From positions 14,996,373 through 15,060,372 of the forward strand of contig MU053881.1 of NCBI GenBank assembly GCA_013239625.1: DNA of 64,000 nucleotides, written 5' to 3'. Each line of letters begins with the position of its first letter. The stretch's first letter is position 1. This DNA is from Lama guanicoe. Taxonomy: Eukaryota. Made by a program: the position numbers and the translations under genes. The notes below the pieces were generated by a model, which was not told the origin of the DNA, did no database searches, and worked only from the letters and a program-made list of their open reading frames with translations. Of this stretch, positions 1-12,830 are shown in pieces.

Positions 1-939
1 CTTAACAGTGTGACTGCCCCCAGCCCCCTGTAGCCACTGACTGCAGGGCTATAGCACATCACCATCTGGACCACAGGGGGCTGTGTGCAGCAGGCCAGGA
101 GAGGCAGGAGGGGCCTCAAGTGAGAAGCAGGGGAGCCATGCTTTGCAGGTCCACATGCGGCCCAAAGGCCAAGTCCAGTGCTACCAGCAGGACTGACCAG
201 AGACGCCACCCACCTGATCCGACATCTCGGAGTCCATGAGAAAGGAGGCCGAATGTCCCATGGGCATGAGATGGCCTGCCAGCCCAATCCTATTTGCCTG
301 AGCACCAGGTTCCTGCAGCGAGGCCGAGCATCCCCTAGGCAGGCAGCCTAGCCCAGCACATGGGGAGGCCCTGTCTGAATGGCCCAGGGCACCTGGCTTC
401 ACCTTTGATCTCTGGAAGCTCTCCCAGCCTCCACGGGGGCTGCTTGGCCTGAGCCCAGCAGGAGGCTCTGGGGGAGGTCCTGGGGCTGGGGAGCTCCAGG
501 CCAGTGGGGCTTCCAAGAGTGAGGCAAACAGAATACAGTAAACTACGAAACAGATCAGGCTTGAAGCAGTTACTCGGAGCTGCTCGTGTATATTATGACT
601 GCATTCTAGCATTACTTGATTTCTGGAGCTGAGATCTAGATCTCTGATATTTTTAAGTCCAAACCCCTTGGACACTGCAGCTCTTTCCGGGTTTTGCCTA
701 TCCACAATTCATTCTGTGCAGCTAATTAAGCTGAACAAGCCTGGGAATAAAGTCTGGAACAAGGTTAATAAAGTTACTTGCCTAGCAAAAAAAAAAGGGG
801 GGGGGGTGGTCAGGACAATGCACACTCCTGACCCCAGCAGCCTTGCTGGGTGGCAGGGCACAGCGGGAGCGGTGCTTTCGCGGGAGCAGGAACCCTGACC
901 CCAGAGGCCCTCTAGGTCCACCCCCTTCTTGGGCACTAT

Positions 940-1450
940 ACAAGTGTCCTGGGGCTGCCACAAACTGGGTGGCTTAAAAAATAGGAATTTGAAGTGGGGG
1001 GTATAGATCAGTGGTAGAATGCATGCTTAGCATGCACGAGGTCCTAGGTTAAATCCTCAGTACCTCCATAAAAAAATTTTTTTAAAAAACCCACAGGAAT
1101 TTATTCCCTAACCGTTCTGGAGGCCAGAAGTCTGAAATCCAGGTGTGTGCAGGATCGGGCCCTCCTGGATTCTCTCGGGAGAATCTGCCCCAGGCCTTTC
1201 TCTTGGCTTCTGGTGGCTGCCGGCAGTCCACAGTGCTTCTGGGCTTGTAGACGTTACCCCTGATCTCTGCCTCCATCTTCACAGCCCTCTCCCTGTGTGA
1301 CTCTGTTTTCTCTTCCTGTCAGGACCCTGGTCACTGGATTTAGGGCCCACCCTATTCCTAGATGACCTCACGCTGACTTGGTGAGATCTGCAGAGACCCT
1401 GTTTTCAAATGAGGTCCCATTTGTAGGTTCTGGTTAAGCATGAATTTGGG
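940..1450 (-). mobile_element. MLT1-type (ERVL-MaLR) solo LTR, interrupted by SINE
   Basis: Antisense MLT1 motifs aaactgggtggcttaaa, ttctggaggccagaagtctgaaatc, ggatttagggcccaccct. Confidence 0.8.
996..1088 (+). mobile_element. tRNA-Ala(AGC)-derived SINE (camelid vic-1-like) inserted in an MLT1 LTR
   Basis: GGGGGTATAGATCAGTGGTAGAATGCATGCTTAGCATGCACGAGGTCCTAGGTTAAATCCTCAGTACCTCCA plus A-tail, flanked by a TSD-like aggaattt on both sides. Confidence 0.88.
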
Positions 1451-2675
1451 GAGACTCTCTTCAACCTTTCCCAGTCACCCAATCCTGTGTCACCTCGAGT
1501 CCCACACTAAGAACCGTCCCATGGTGGCAACACCTCAAAGCCCAAGTCCAAGCCGGCTCCAGCAGCCCCTGGGCCCCCAGGCAGTGCTATCCCCTCTGTT
1601 TCCTCCATGGTCGCAGCACACGTCAGCCACAGAGGAAATGACCCAGACCTGAGAGGCAGGTGGCGGCAGCATTTGCAGGGCCATTTGGCAGCATCCGTTG
1701 GGAACCTGAACAATGTTCCTGCCCTCTGACCTGTAATCCCACTTCTGGAAAGCTCTCCTGAGGGAGCTCGTCCAAAAGGCAGATTTATGCACAAAGATGT
1801 TCCTGCACCACCAATAAGCAGAGGAGGGAGCCTGAGCTGTGCTGCAGGGTCAGGCCAGGGCCTCGCCTCCGGAGAAGAGCAGAGGATGCGCTGGAGGTGG
1901 ACGGGGGAACCTGCCCTTTGTTGGGATTTCTGGAATGTCTCTGGTTGGTCCGTACAGGTACAAGTGAACCCAAGATAAGGCTGGGCCACCCCCTTTCCAG
2001 GGACATCCCTAAGTGGGAACAGGAGCAGGAGTGTGCAGGGGGCATGGCAGGGGACAGGGAGACCGGCAGCCCCAGAAATGCCCCATAGGACAGGAGAGAA
2101 ATTCTCCAGGTCAAAGGCAGGGCCACAGCAGACCACATAACCAGGGTGCCCAAGGCCACCTGGCTCAAGGCTGGGACCGAACACTCCAGGTTCATCCTCT
2201 ACAGGACAGAGACTGATGTGAACCTGAAAACAGGCCAGTGCAATGGGAGTTCTGTGAGGATGAGGGGTTCCCTGGAGGCTCTGGGGAGGGATGCCCCATC
2301 TGCATGGAGCTGGGGAAGGGGAGGCTCCTCCAAGTCACCTCCAGAGGTCAGAGAGGAGGTTCCGCCCTACTTAGGCCAAGGAGGGGAGTTGTGGGAGTGT
2401 GATCTCACATGTGGACAGTGGGTCACAGATGTCTGTCTGCCCTGGTGGACTTAGGGGATGCAGAGATGCACCCCTAGCTCTGGGCAGGGCCCCTAAAAGG
2501 GCATGAGAGGTGGGTGGGACAGGGCAGGCGTGCTAAGGTGACATAGGTGGTATTGGGTGGGTGAAAGGTTCAGAAGCCCTTCCTGACAATGGCAACGAAG
2601 ATGGTGACAGCCAAAAGAGCACCTTCCCACACCCCACCGGGTGCCACCCAAGCAGTTGATGCGGGTCAGGTACAA

Positions 2676-3123
2676 GCAGTGGGTTCACTTGTGTCCCTAA
2701 AAACCTACGCCCACATCCTCACCCCAGAAACCTATGACTTTGACCTTATTTGGAAAAAGGGTCTTTACAGATATAATTAAGGTAAGTATCTTGGGATGAA
2801 GAAATCTTCCTGCATTATTCAGGTGGGCCCTAAATCCAATGACAAGTGTACTTACAAGAGACAGAAAAGGAGACACACACAGGGAGAAGGCCATGTGGAG
2901 ATGTGGCAGAGACTAGGGTGATGCAGTCACAAACTAAGGAATGTGGGAGCCACCAGAAGCTGGAAGAAGCAAGGAAGGCTCCCCCTCCCGACCTTCAGAG
3001 GGAGCCATGACTCTGCCCATACCTTGATTTCAGACTTCTGGCCTCCAGAACTGCGAATGAATAAACTTCTGATGTTAATCCCCAGTCTGTGGTACCTGTC
3101 ACAGCAGCCTCATGACACTTATA
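2676..3123 (+). mobile_element. MLT1 (B/C/D-like) solo LTR
   Basis: gaccttatttggaaaaagggtctttacagat, gggccctaaatccaatgac, agacttctggcctccagaactg. Confidence 0.85.
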
Positions 3124-3974
3124 CCCACAGATGGCCCAAGCCATGACAGGGGCAGCCATCTCCCCTTCCCAGGGTAAGGTGAGGCTGGGTGGGGGGCCCC
3201 GACCCCCTGCCCCACACACAGATGGTATCCTCTTACTTCTCTTTCTTTTAATTTGAAAATGACAGTGAACTCCAGCAAGCACAAAGAACAACACGCCACA
3301 TAGTCCCACCCCAATCCAAGACCTAACAGCTGTCACTGCTCTGTCATCTTGGCCTCTCAATCTGCAAAGTGGACAATAGGGCCCTGAGGATGCCGCCAGG
3401 GCACTCACGTGCCTGCCATGCTTCCCTCCGAGTGGCGCTGGATGCCATCACCCTTGATGCACTAACTCACATCCTGCCTTCTCGGGGCTCTGAGTGCACC
3501 AGGGTCTCTGAGGGGTCAGAGGTGAAGTGGGGACCTTTTCAATCCATCAGGGCCCCGCACCATTCTGGTTCACAGGCCACTCTGACCATACAGGGCACAC
3601 AGCTCTCCTAGGTACCCCCTGCCCCCAGACAAAGGGCCCTAAGGCAAGAAACACCAAACAGATGAGCACAGGCCCCTGGCCTTCCAGAGCTCCCCAGGAG
3701 GTCCTCTGTCGAGCAGGCACCAAGCCCACGGCTGGGAACACTGCCCTGAACCCACCACAGCCATGAACTTCTGACACTTTAAACCGCAGGGTGGTGGTGC
3801 CACATGTCCCCAGAGGTTGAACAGCCCCACGGCCAGATCCAGCTCTGCACCTGCCGACCTCGACTTCCCAGGGACCCTCTCATCTGCCCCTCACTCCTGA
3901 GCACTGCTCCAGGGGCAGGAACGCTGGGCAGACAGAGATGGAAGTGGGGAGACGGAAGGTCAGATGTAAATACA

Positions 3975-4443
3975 TTTACAAACCACAGATGGACTGCTCA
4001 CAACTGCCAGAAGGTGGAAACAACAAAACAGATGAAGGGATAAATCAAATGTGATCTGGCCATACGATGGAATATTACTCAGTCATAAAAGGGAATGCAG
4101 CACTGACACACACTATGACATGGATGAACCTGGAAAACATCAGGCTGAGTGAAAGAAGCCAGAAACAAAAGGCCACAAAGTATACGATCAATTTCTATGA
4201 AATGTCCAGAACAGGCAAATCCATAAAGACAGAAAGCAGATTAGAAGTTACCAGGTGCTACAAGAGGGGTGTGGGGAGTGACTGTTAATGGGGATGGGGT
4301 TTCCCTTTGGGGTGAGAAAAACGTTCTGGAACTAGACAGACATGATAGTTACCCAACACTGTGAATGAATGCACTAAATGCCACTGAAATGACTCACTTA
4401 AAATGGTGAATTTTACATTACGTGAATTTCACCTCAATTTAAA
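3975..4443 (+). mobile_element. L1M (L1MB-like) 3' end
   Basis: atggaatattactcagtcataaaaggg, gaaagaagccagaaacaaaaggccac, aaatgtccagaacaggcaaatcc. Confidence 0.85.
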
Positions 4444-4446
4444 CAC

Positions 4447-4680
4447 TGGTAGCTGCTGGTAATCCTGGTGTTTCTTGGCTTATGGCTACATGACTCCAGT
4501 CTCTGCCTCCATCCTCACCTGGCTTCCTTAAAAGGACACCGGTCCCTGGATTCAGGGCCCACTACTCCAGGATGACCTCATCTCAAGATCTTTGAGTCAT
4601 ACCTCCAGAGACCCTTTTTCTAAAGGTCACAGTCACATGTTTCATGAGTTGGGACTTGGAGTTACATGTTTGAGGGACAC
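4447..4680 (-). mobile_element. MLT1 LTR fragment
   Basis: ccagtctctgcctccatcctcac, ggattcagggccc, gatgacctcatctcaagat. Confidence 0.7.
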
Positions 4681-5109
4681 CACTGGTATGAGGCTGACAG
4701 CCTGTGTCTGTGCCCTCCCTATCCCCTCCAAACCCCTGGACTGCTGCTCTCCAACCAAGGAACCACAGACAGATCTGTAATCTCTTGACCTCAGTTTTCT
4801 CATCTGCAACAAGGGGCTAGGAGTGCCTCCCTGGCAGGGCGGTGGAGGGGTCAGAATGATTCTCACAGGGAAGGACTACGTGGCATCTGGGATGAGACGA
4901 GGCTACTCAGGGACACCATGGGCCCACAGTGCTCATCCACAAAACCCACGGTTCTGTGTCCAACACTAAAGCCACACCTGGCTAAGCCCCTTGCCCCATG
5001 TGACCCAGGTGCCCCCATGTGCTTGAGTGTAAGGCAGGGTACGTCACTGCACCTCTCAGGGAGCTGGGGGCCTGAGTGAGGGCCGGTGGACCTGCCTGGT
5101 AGAGGGTCT

Positions 5110-5535
5110 ATTGTGGGCTGAATTGTGTCCCTCTAAAGTAGACATCCACATCCTAAACCCTGGTACCTGGGAATGTGACCTTATTGGGAGACAGAGTCTT
5201 TGCAGATGTCATTAGTTAAAGCAAGGTCATACTGGAGGAGGGTGGGCCTTATAACTGGTCTTTATAAGATGAGAAGCAACACAGACACACAGGGAGAAGA
5301 CCGTGTGGAGACGGAGGCAGAGACTAGGGTGATGCAGCCACCATCCAAGGAACACTGGAGCCCCCAGAAGCTGGAAGAGGCAAGAAAGGATCCTCCCCTA
5401 GAGCCTCCAGAGGGAAAGCACGGCCCTGCCCACCCCTTGCTTGAGACTTCTGGCCTCTGGAATCGTGAGAGAATACATTTCTGTTGTTAAGTCACCCAGT
5501 TTGCGGTCATTTGTTAGGGCAGCCCCAGGACACTG
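5110..5535 (+). mobile_element. MLT1 solo LTR
   Basis: tgtgggctgaattgtgtccc, gaatgtgaccttatt, gacttctggcctctggaa, tttctgttgttaagtcacccagtttg. Confidence 0.85.
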
Positions 5536-7019
5536 AGACAGGCCTGAGGTCCTATACGTGCGTGTGTGTTGGACATGGGGAGAGACAGAGGACTCTGAAA
5601 CTCAGTGTCTCAATCTTGAATCTGAACATTCCCCTCAGTGCACACACCGCTTCTGGAACACACAGGGCACGTCTCTGTTTGGAGTGGCAGGAATGGACCC
5701 TCTGCAGTTTAATTTTAAATCCATCACCAACTGGATAACATAAACCACTGGCTGGGATGCCATCCAGTGGAAACCAGGGCTGCATCCCGAAGCCCCTCAG
5801 CCGAGCAGGGAGACAGGGCTGGATTCGGCTGCTACTGCTGTAATGGGTCCCATGTCTTCCTCTGCCTAGCCCGCCTTAAAAACATCAGGCTGAGTTTCTG
5901 ACAGGTGCCTGACCTGCTCTGGGGAAGAGGGGTCCCAAAGGCAGCAGGGAGCGGGGCCTTCTTCACACCGTGGGGGTCAGCACCTGGCAGCCTCCAAGAT
6001 CCCAGGCACCGCAGGGCACTCTGCCAGCATCTGCTTTGAGCCGATGCCAAACTAATAACTTTTGAAAACAGCATCCACTCAGAACTCAGGTTCTGGGTTG
6101 AAACCGCCTCTCACAAGCCACTCCTTCAATGCTGCCTCCCCCCAGGATGGCAGGGGCCACAGGAAGATAAGACAAAAGCGAGATGCCCTCATTACCGTGG
6201 GCCCAAAATAGCTTTTATGCTCCATTTTTTTAGACATAGCCGAACTATGGCATTACATAATAACACCACACGCCGTTTTCCAGTCTGGGAGGCAGGATCC
6301 TGGGTCTGCCCAGGTCCACCCTGTGCCCCTTGGACATTTTGACAGCCCTGCCTGAGCCCCTAAAAGCCCCCAGGCCCAGCAGGCCCCTAAGTGGTACCTG
6401 CTCCAGGCATGGGGACAGAACGGGTCAGCCTGATGGCCGCCTCACTGTCTGCAGATGAGGTTCTCGGGCTGGTGGGGTAGACCAGTGGACGGAACTGTAG
6501 GTGTCCGGTGGACACATTCCAGGATGGGCCTCGCCATGAAGGAACTGTCACCAGCCCGGGGCTGCGGAAAGCGAACACCAAGGGCTTGTGGGGATGAGAC
6601 GGATGATGGCATGGGTGGCTGGGCAGACAGGCATAGCAGGGAGACCATGAGAAGGTCAGGCCAGAGAGGTGGAGGGGCCAGGGTGGAGAGAGACTGAGCG
6701 CAGTGCCGAGGAGGTCGAGGGACAGTCGGTGAGCATCCTGGAGTCTCCACGGCTTCCTCCCTCTCCCCCTCCCCCATGTTGCTTCTGTGAGCAAGTCCCA
6801 GCAGCTTGACCTCCAGTGACCCTTGGGCGGCTGCCTCCCCGGTCCCAGCCTGTGTCAACCTGCAACAGGATGCCCGCACAATCTCCTCCCCGACCCCCTG
6901 CCCAAAGCCCTGTCCACATACTGCTCTCAGGAACTCCCTTCTCTCCTTCTTTAATTAAGTTCAAACTGTGTCACGCTCCTGTTTTAAACACACCAGTAGG
7001 TTGCCTTCCTATTTAAAAT

Positions 7020-7600
7020 CAAACATGACCACAGTTTGGCGGTTCCTGAGCAAGTTAAAAAGAATGACCAGAGGACATAGTGGTTCTACTCCTCGGTACA
7101 CACCCCAACAGAACTTAGACCTACGTCCACATGGACATTTGCACACGTGTGTTCACAGCAGCCAAAAGGTGGAAACAACTCAAGTGTCCATCTACAGGAT
7201 AATGGATAAACAAAACATGGTCCATCCACACAATGGACCACTACTCAGCTACAGCGTGGCTGAACCTCGAAAACATCATGCTGAGTGAAAATGGCCAGAC
7301 ACAAAAGGCCACATGTCATATGATTCCATTTACAGGAAATGCCCAGAACAGCCAAATCCAGAGACAGAAAGCAGATTAATGTTTGCCAGGGGCTGGGGGA
7401 AGGGGAGGGGGGAGTGAGTGCTCCTGGCCATGCGGTTTCCACTTTGGGGTGATGGAAGTATTTCAGAACCAGATAGTGGTGGTGGTTGTACAACATTGTG
7501 AATGTACTAAATGCTGCTCAATTGTTCACTATAAATGGTTAATTTTACGTTACGTGAAATTCATCGCACAATAAATAAATAAATAAATGAATGAATGAAA
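7020..7600 (+). mobile_element. L1M (L1MB-like) 3' end with A-rich tail
   Basis: ccaaaaggtggaaacaac, gccagacacaaaaggccaca; ends in (AAAT)n. Confidence 0.85.
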
Positions 7601-7819
7601 ATCAAACCCGACCCTGTCACGAGGCTGGCGTGCGGTGCCATCTTCTCCCCTGCTCCCTGTCCCGCCACCTGGGTCTTCTTCCTGCTCCCTGAGATGTCCA
7701 AGTCCCTCTCCCCTCAGAGCCTCTGTCTGTACTAGCCCCTCCTTCGGCCCATGCTCCCTCCGGCTCGGGGAACAGCTGCGCCCTGACCTGGAGGGTCGCA
7801 GGCCAAGCCCCTTCCTCTA

Positions 7820-7864
7820 AGAAGCCCTGCCTCAGCCAGAAGCCCCGCCTCAGCCAGAAGCCCC
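7820..7864. repeat. 18-bp tandem repeat (about 2.4 copies)
   Basis: agaagccctgcctcagcc agaagccccgcctcagcc agaagcccc. Confidence 0.8.
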
Positions 7865-8309
7865 AATCTGCTCCCTGGCCCAACATAGCCTTGCCTCCTC
7901 CCCCGGGCCTAGTAGGACAAAAGTAGTATCCACAGGCCTCCAAGCCACCTGGGGTCAAATGGGAGCTGTTGATGAGGAGGGGAAGGCCTGGCCATTCAGC
8001 TCTGCCAGTGTGCAGTGCACCCGGCCCTGCGTGCCGCATGGGGCTGCAACCCCGACCCTCTTCACAGTCTATCAAGAAGACTAGACAGGGCTGCATTTGA
8101 CCCCAAGGGCCACCGCCCAGAGGCCCTTAAGGGGAAGGAATCCTCCTCTTGGCTCCTGACTGAAGTCTACTTGGACCCCAACACTCAAATTGAGCAGCCT
8201 CTTCTCAGCCCCCATCTCATGCTTCTCAGGATTCCCTCCAGGCCCCCCAAATTTATGACTTACAACCCAGTGCCCGCCATCCTCACAGAGGCTGTACAGA
8301 CATCACAGG

Positions 8310-8470
8310 CAAGATACACACTCATTTCGTTCACACGTGTGTGCACAGAGGCACATGTGCACGTCTGGGCACACACACACTCACACAGATGTGTTCACAC
8401 ACACCCAGTACTGAATGCACACACATGCACACACACTCAACCACACACTCCTGTGTGCACACCCTCCCAC
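8310..8470. repeat. Degenerate (CA)n low-complexity tract
   Basis: cacacacacactcacacagatgtgttcacacacacc... over about 150 bp. Confidence 0.75.
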
Positions 8471-9402
8471 CTGGGACTGCACCACTCAGAGACACCCCTC
8501 TATCTGGCTCCCACATCCACACCAACACCAGGCCCGCCCACTCCCAGCCGCCACCTTCTCCCACCTCCTCTATCGAAGCCTTACCACTTCTGGCCCCACA
8601 AATGCAGGAGCCTCCTGCTTGGGTCCCCAAATCAACTCAACAGCCCCCCAGTCCTCTCTGCAGGGAGCAGCAGAGTCTGCCACACTGACCACCTGAGCAG
8701 GTAGGTCCTAGAGCGTCTCTCCTCGCTGGGCCCTCTGACCCTTACTAGCGGCCTCCCCCAGCGCCTAGGCCCTGCCCCCGCACCCCTGCCCCCAGCTCTG
8801 CAGGAGCCACGTGCCAGCACCACCTTCAACAGTGATCCTCAGACCCAGGTCCCGCTCCTGGGACTACGGGACCCAGGAGGCTGGGCACACAGCAGACTCC
8901 CCAGAGGAGGCTGAGAGCCCCAAGGCTTCTCCCCACCTACAGGACAGCATGGGGGCCCAGCCCTTAGTGTCCTCTCCCTTCAGCAACAGCCCCCCAGCCC
9001 TTTCACACAGCTGCACACGTGCCCCAGACCATGAGTACAAGAATGCGGGTGCAGCTCCAGACAGCAGCAACCCGGAAACGACAGCAGGAAGGAATACCAA
9101 CTACGGCAAACTCGACTGTGGAACATAATATGACGCTGAGCGGCGTGGGCTCACCCCTCAGCTAAGGCCAACTCAGAGAAACGCCAGCCCTGGGGGTCCA
9201 TCCGCACACGCAAACAGTGCTTTACCCTGGATATGATCAAAGCAAAGGTGTGACGCAGGGGCACCGAGAGGCCTGGCAAAGAGGGAGAGCAGGCGTGTCC
9301 CAGGAGGACCACGGGCGATCGAGGGGAAAGTCGTGGCCCCGCGCTGGGTGCGGGGCCCTCATTATGGTGATCTTTAAGCCACATTCACATATTACTAGTC
9401 TT

Positions 9403-9680
9403 CTGTTGCGGGTTGAACTGTGTTCCCTAAAAACAGATGTCTAAGTCCTAACCCCTGCACCCAGAATGTGACCTTGTTTGAAAACAGGATCTTTGCAGAT
9501 GTCATCAAGTTAAGATGAGGTCATACTGGAGTGGGATGCGACCTAATCCAATGACCTATGTCCTTATAAGAGGAAAGGACACAGAGACTGAGGAGAAGGA
9601 GATGTGGAAACAGAAGATGGAGACTGGAAGGGTGTGGCCAGAAGCCAAGGAATACCTGACACCTCCGGAAGCCTGGTACA
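9403..9680 (+). mobile_element. MLT1 LTR (partial)
   Basis: tgcgggttgaactgtgttccc, gaatgtgaccttgtttgaaa, gatgaggtcatactggag. Confidence 0.8.
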
Positions 9681-10519
9681 GACTCACCAGCAGTCACATG
9701 ACTAGTGGATGGGAGGCTATTCCTGTTTGCTCACAGAGCAATGGTTTTGCTGCAAACATGTTCCAGGTCCAAACTGTGAGGCTGCCCAGACCCTACTGGG
9801 GGTGCCCCCTAATCTCTACACACACACTACGCCATCATCCTAGAAATGGAGTCAATATGATTCCTGGGGCACCCTGGACCCCTTGCTTCTCACAGTCTTC
9901 CTGGGTGTGTGTGGCCTGCCTGGTGTCATGCTGCGGGCCAGTGGGGAGGCTGTGTGGGCCCTGGTAAGCACAGCCACTCCGCTGCCTCTGGGTGGGCCTG
10001 GGTGTGAGGGGAGGAGGCAGCACAGGCCACCCACAGGAGGCATATGGCTGCTGTTTTCCAGGTGGGTTTCCACACTAGCAGGCTGAGCTGTCAGGATGGG
10101 GAGCAGACTGTGGACAGAAGGTACAGCCAGGCGGGGAACTCACTAGCAGGGGCACCTCCCAGGGCGTGCAGTTAGGTGAGCACAAAGAGGTTCCCAGTCC
10201 AGCCCAGCTTGGGCATGTAGTGCAACATCCTGGGGCCTTCACTTCTTTGTTACATATTTGGTATATTCCAGATGGACCGGGGCAGGAATCCCAGCCGGCA
10301 CTGAGCTCCCAGACACTGAGCTAAGACCAACCAGTGCTGAGCCTAATAGTTACTGAGCTGCATGCAAACAACACAAACCTCAACAACATAAAATAAAAGA
10401 TGCCCAATAAAACTGAGAGCAAGTGGGGAGGGGCAGTGGAGGACCCTAAGTGGGCACAAAGCCCCAGCTCCCAAGCTGGGGTGCAACAGAGAATAGGCAA
10501 GGGGTAGTATGCAACACCA

Positions 10520-12830
10520 GTTGGCTCTTGGAAGATGATCCCATGGTTCCTCAAAAAGTGAAACAATTATCACACGACCCAGCATTTCTACTCCTAGGTA
10601 TAGACCCAAAAGAACACAGTTCAGGTGTTCAAAGAAACTTGTACACCCACGTTCAGAGTAGCATGAGTCGCAAATGCCAAAAAGTGGACAGAGCACATGC
10701 GTTCATCTACTGATGAATGGATAAACAAACTTAGTCCATCCATACAATGGAATACTACTCAGCCATAAAAAGGAAGGAATCCCTGATCCACGTTACCATG
10801 TGGATGAACCCCAAGAACATCATACCATGCTACTGGCAGAAAAACTGACACATAGGTCAACAGAACAGAACTGAGAGCCCAGAATTAAACCCTTGAATGT
10901 ATGAATAATTAATTTATGACAAAGAGCAAAGAACATACAATGGAGAAAGGATAGCCTCTCCAATAAATGATGCTGGGGAAAGTGGACAGCCACATGCAAG
11001 AAAATGAAACCTGAGGGGAGAGGGTATAGCTCAGAGGTAGAGGATGTGTTTAGCATGTATGAAGTCCTGGGTTCAATCTCCAGGACCTTTACTGAAAAAA
11101 AAAAACAAAAGGAAGGAAGGAAGAAAGGAAAACAAAGAAAGAAACAAACAAACTAGACCACTATCTCACACTATACACAAAAGTCAACTCAAAATGGATT
11201 AGAGTTTTGAATGTAAGACATGAAACCATAAAACTCCCAGAAGAACACATAGGCAGTATGCTCTGTGACATCAGTCTTAGCAATATGCTTCTAGATATGT
11301 CTCTAGATAGGCAAGGGGAAAAAAAATGGAAAAGGTAACAAATGGGACTGCATCAAACTAAAAAGCTTCTACGCAACAAAGGAAACCATCAATAAAATAA
11401 AAAGACAACTCACCAAATGGAAGAAAATATTTGCTAACAATATACCTGATAAAGAGTTAATATCCAAAATGTGTAAAGAACTCATACAACTCAACAAATA
11501 CAATAACAAAACGACCCAATTTTAAAAATGGGCAAGGGAGTAGATGGCCATCTCTCCAGAGAAGACACACCGATGACCACCAGGCCATGAAACGATGTTC
11601 AACATTTTTAATTATTAGGGAAATGCAAAACCACAATGAGATATCACCTCACGCCTGTTAGGGTGGTTATTATCAAAAAGGCAAGAAATAGCCAGTGTTG
11701 GAGAGCATGTGGGGAAAAGAGCAGTGTTCGAGAGCATGTGGAGAGCACTGCAGGTGGGAATGTAAAGTCCCAGTTATTATGGTGCAGCCATTATGGAAAA
11801 CAGAATGGAAGTTCCTAAAATAGAATGGAGGTTCCTAAAAAATTTTAGAATAGAACTACCATACAATCAAGCTATTCTACTTCTAGGTATTTACCCAAAG
11901 AATACTAATTCAAAAATACATGTGCAATACAACTGAATCACTGTTCACCTGAAACTAACACAATGTTGTAAGTCAACAACACTTCAATTAAAAAAAGAAA
12001 AAAGGAAAAAAAATATGCACCCTATGGTCATCGTGGCATTATTCACAATAGCCAAGATTCAGAAATAACCTAAGGTGCCCTCATGAATGAATTAAAAAAC
12101 ATGTGGCCTATGTATACAATGGAATACAACTCAGCCATAAAAAGGAATGAAATTTTGCCATTTGCAACAACATGGATAGACTCTGAGGGAGTGAAATAAG
12201 TCAGATGGAGAAAAACAAATACCATATGAGTTCATTTGTATGTGAAATATAAAAAACAAACAACAACAAAAATAAATAAATGACCAGCCAAATAAAAACA
12301 AACATGTAGGTAGGTACAGAGAACAAAGTGGTGGTTACCAGAGGGGAAGGAGTGGGGGTGGGGGTGAAATGGGTAAAGGGAATACACTGCCAGATGGTGG
12401 GTGATTTTTGGAGGGGAGCACACTGTAGGGTGTGCAGAGGTAGAAATATCATGTTGTACATGGTGAACTTATGTAATGTTATAAACCAATGTTACCTCAA
12501 CAAAAAAATTAAGTGAAAAGAAAATATGACAGAAGCCAGACACAAAAGGCCACATAATGTATGATCCCATTAATACGAAATGTCCGGAACAGGGAAACCC
12601 ATACAGACAGAAAGTAGATTAGTGGTTGCCAGGGGCTGGGGGAAGGGGGTGGGGAGGGACTGCTCATGGGGACGGGTCTCCCCCTGGGGTGATGGAAAAG
12701 TTCTGAAACTAGACAGAGGTGGCAGTTGCACAACACTGTGAATGTACAAAATGCCCCTGAACTGTACACTTTAAAACACTAAATTTTATGTTATGTGAGC
12801 TTTGCCACAATAAAACAATACGTAAAAAAA
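10520..12830 (+). mobile_element. Nested L1 cluster: old L1MB-like 3' end split by a younger L1 (about 10824-12510), itself carrying a SINE and a short L1 tail
   Basis: The outer element breaks at tggatgaaccccaagaacatcat (~10823) and resumes at agaagccagacacaaaaggcc (~12530). The inner element has ORF2 3' remnants (MRYHLTPVRVVIIKK...CWRACGEK) and a 3' UTR. Confidence 0.85.
11015..11150 (+). mobile_element. tRNA-Ala-derived SINE inserted in L1
   Basis: GGGTATAGCTCAGAGGTAGAG...GTCCTGGGTTCAATCTCCAGGACC plus an A/GGAA/AAAC-rich tail. It interrupts the L1 motif atgaaac...tagaccac. Confidence 0.85.

Noticed and set aside
997..1068. Apparent tRNA-Ala(AGC) gene
   Set aside because: B-box is mutated (GTTAAATCC), D-stem is mismatched, and it has an A-tail and TSD-like flanks inside an LTR, so it is a SINE copy. 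The same applies to the copies at 11015 and 63471.
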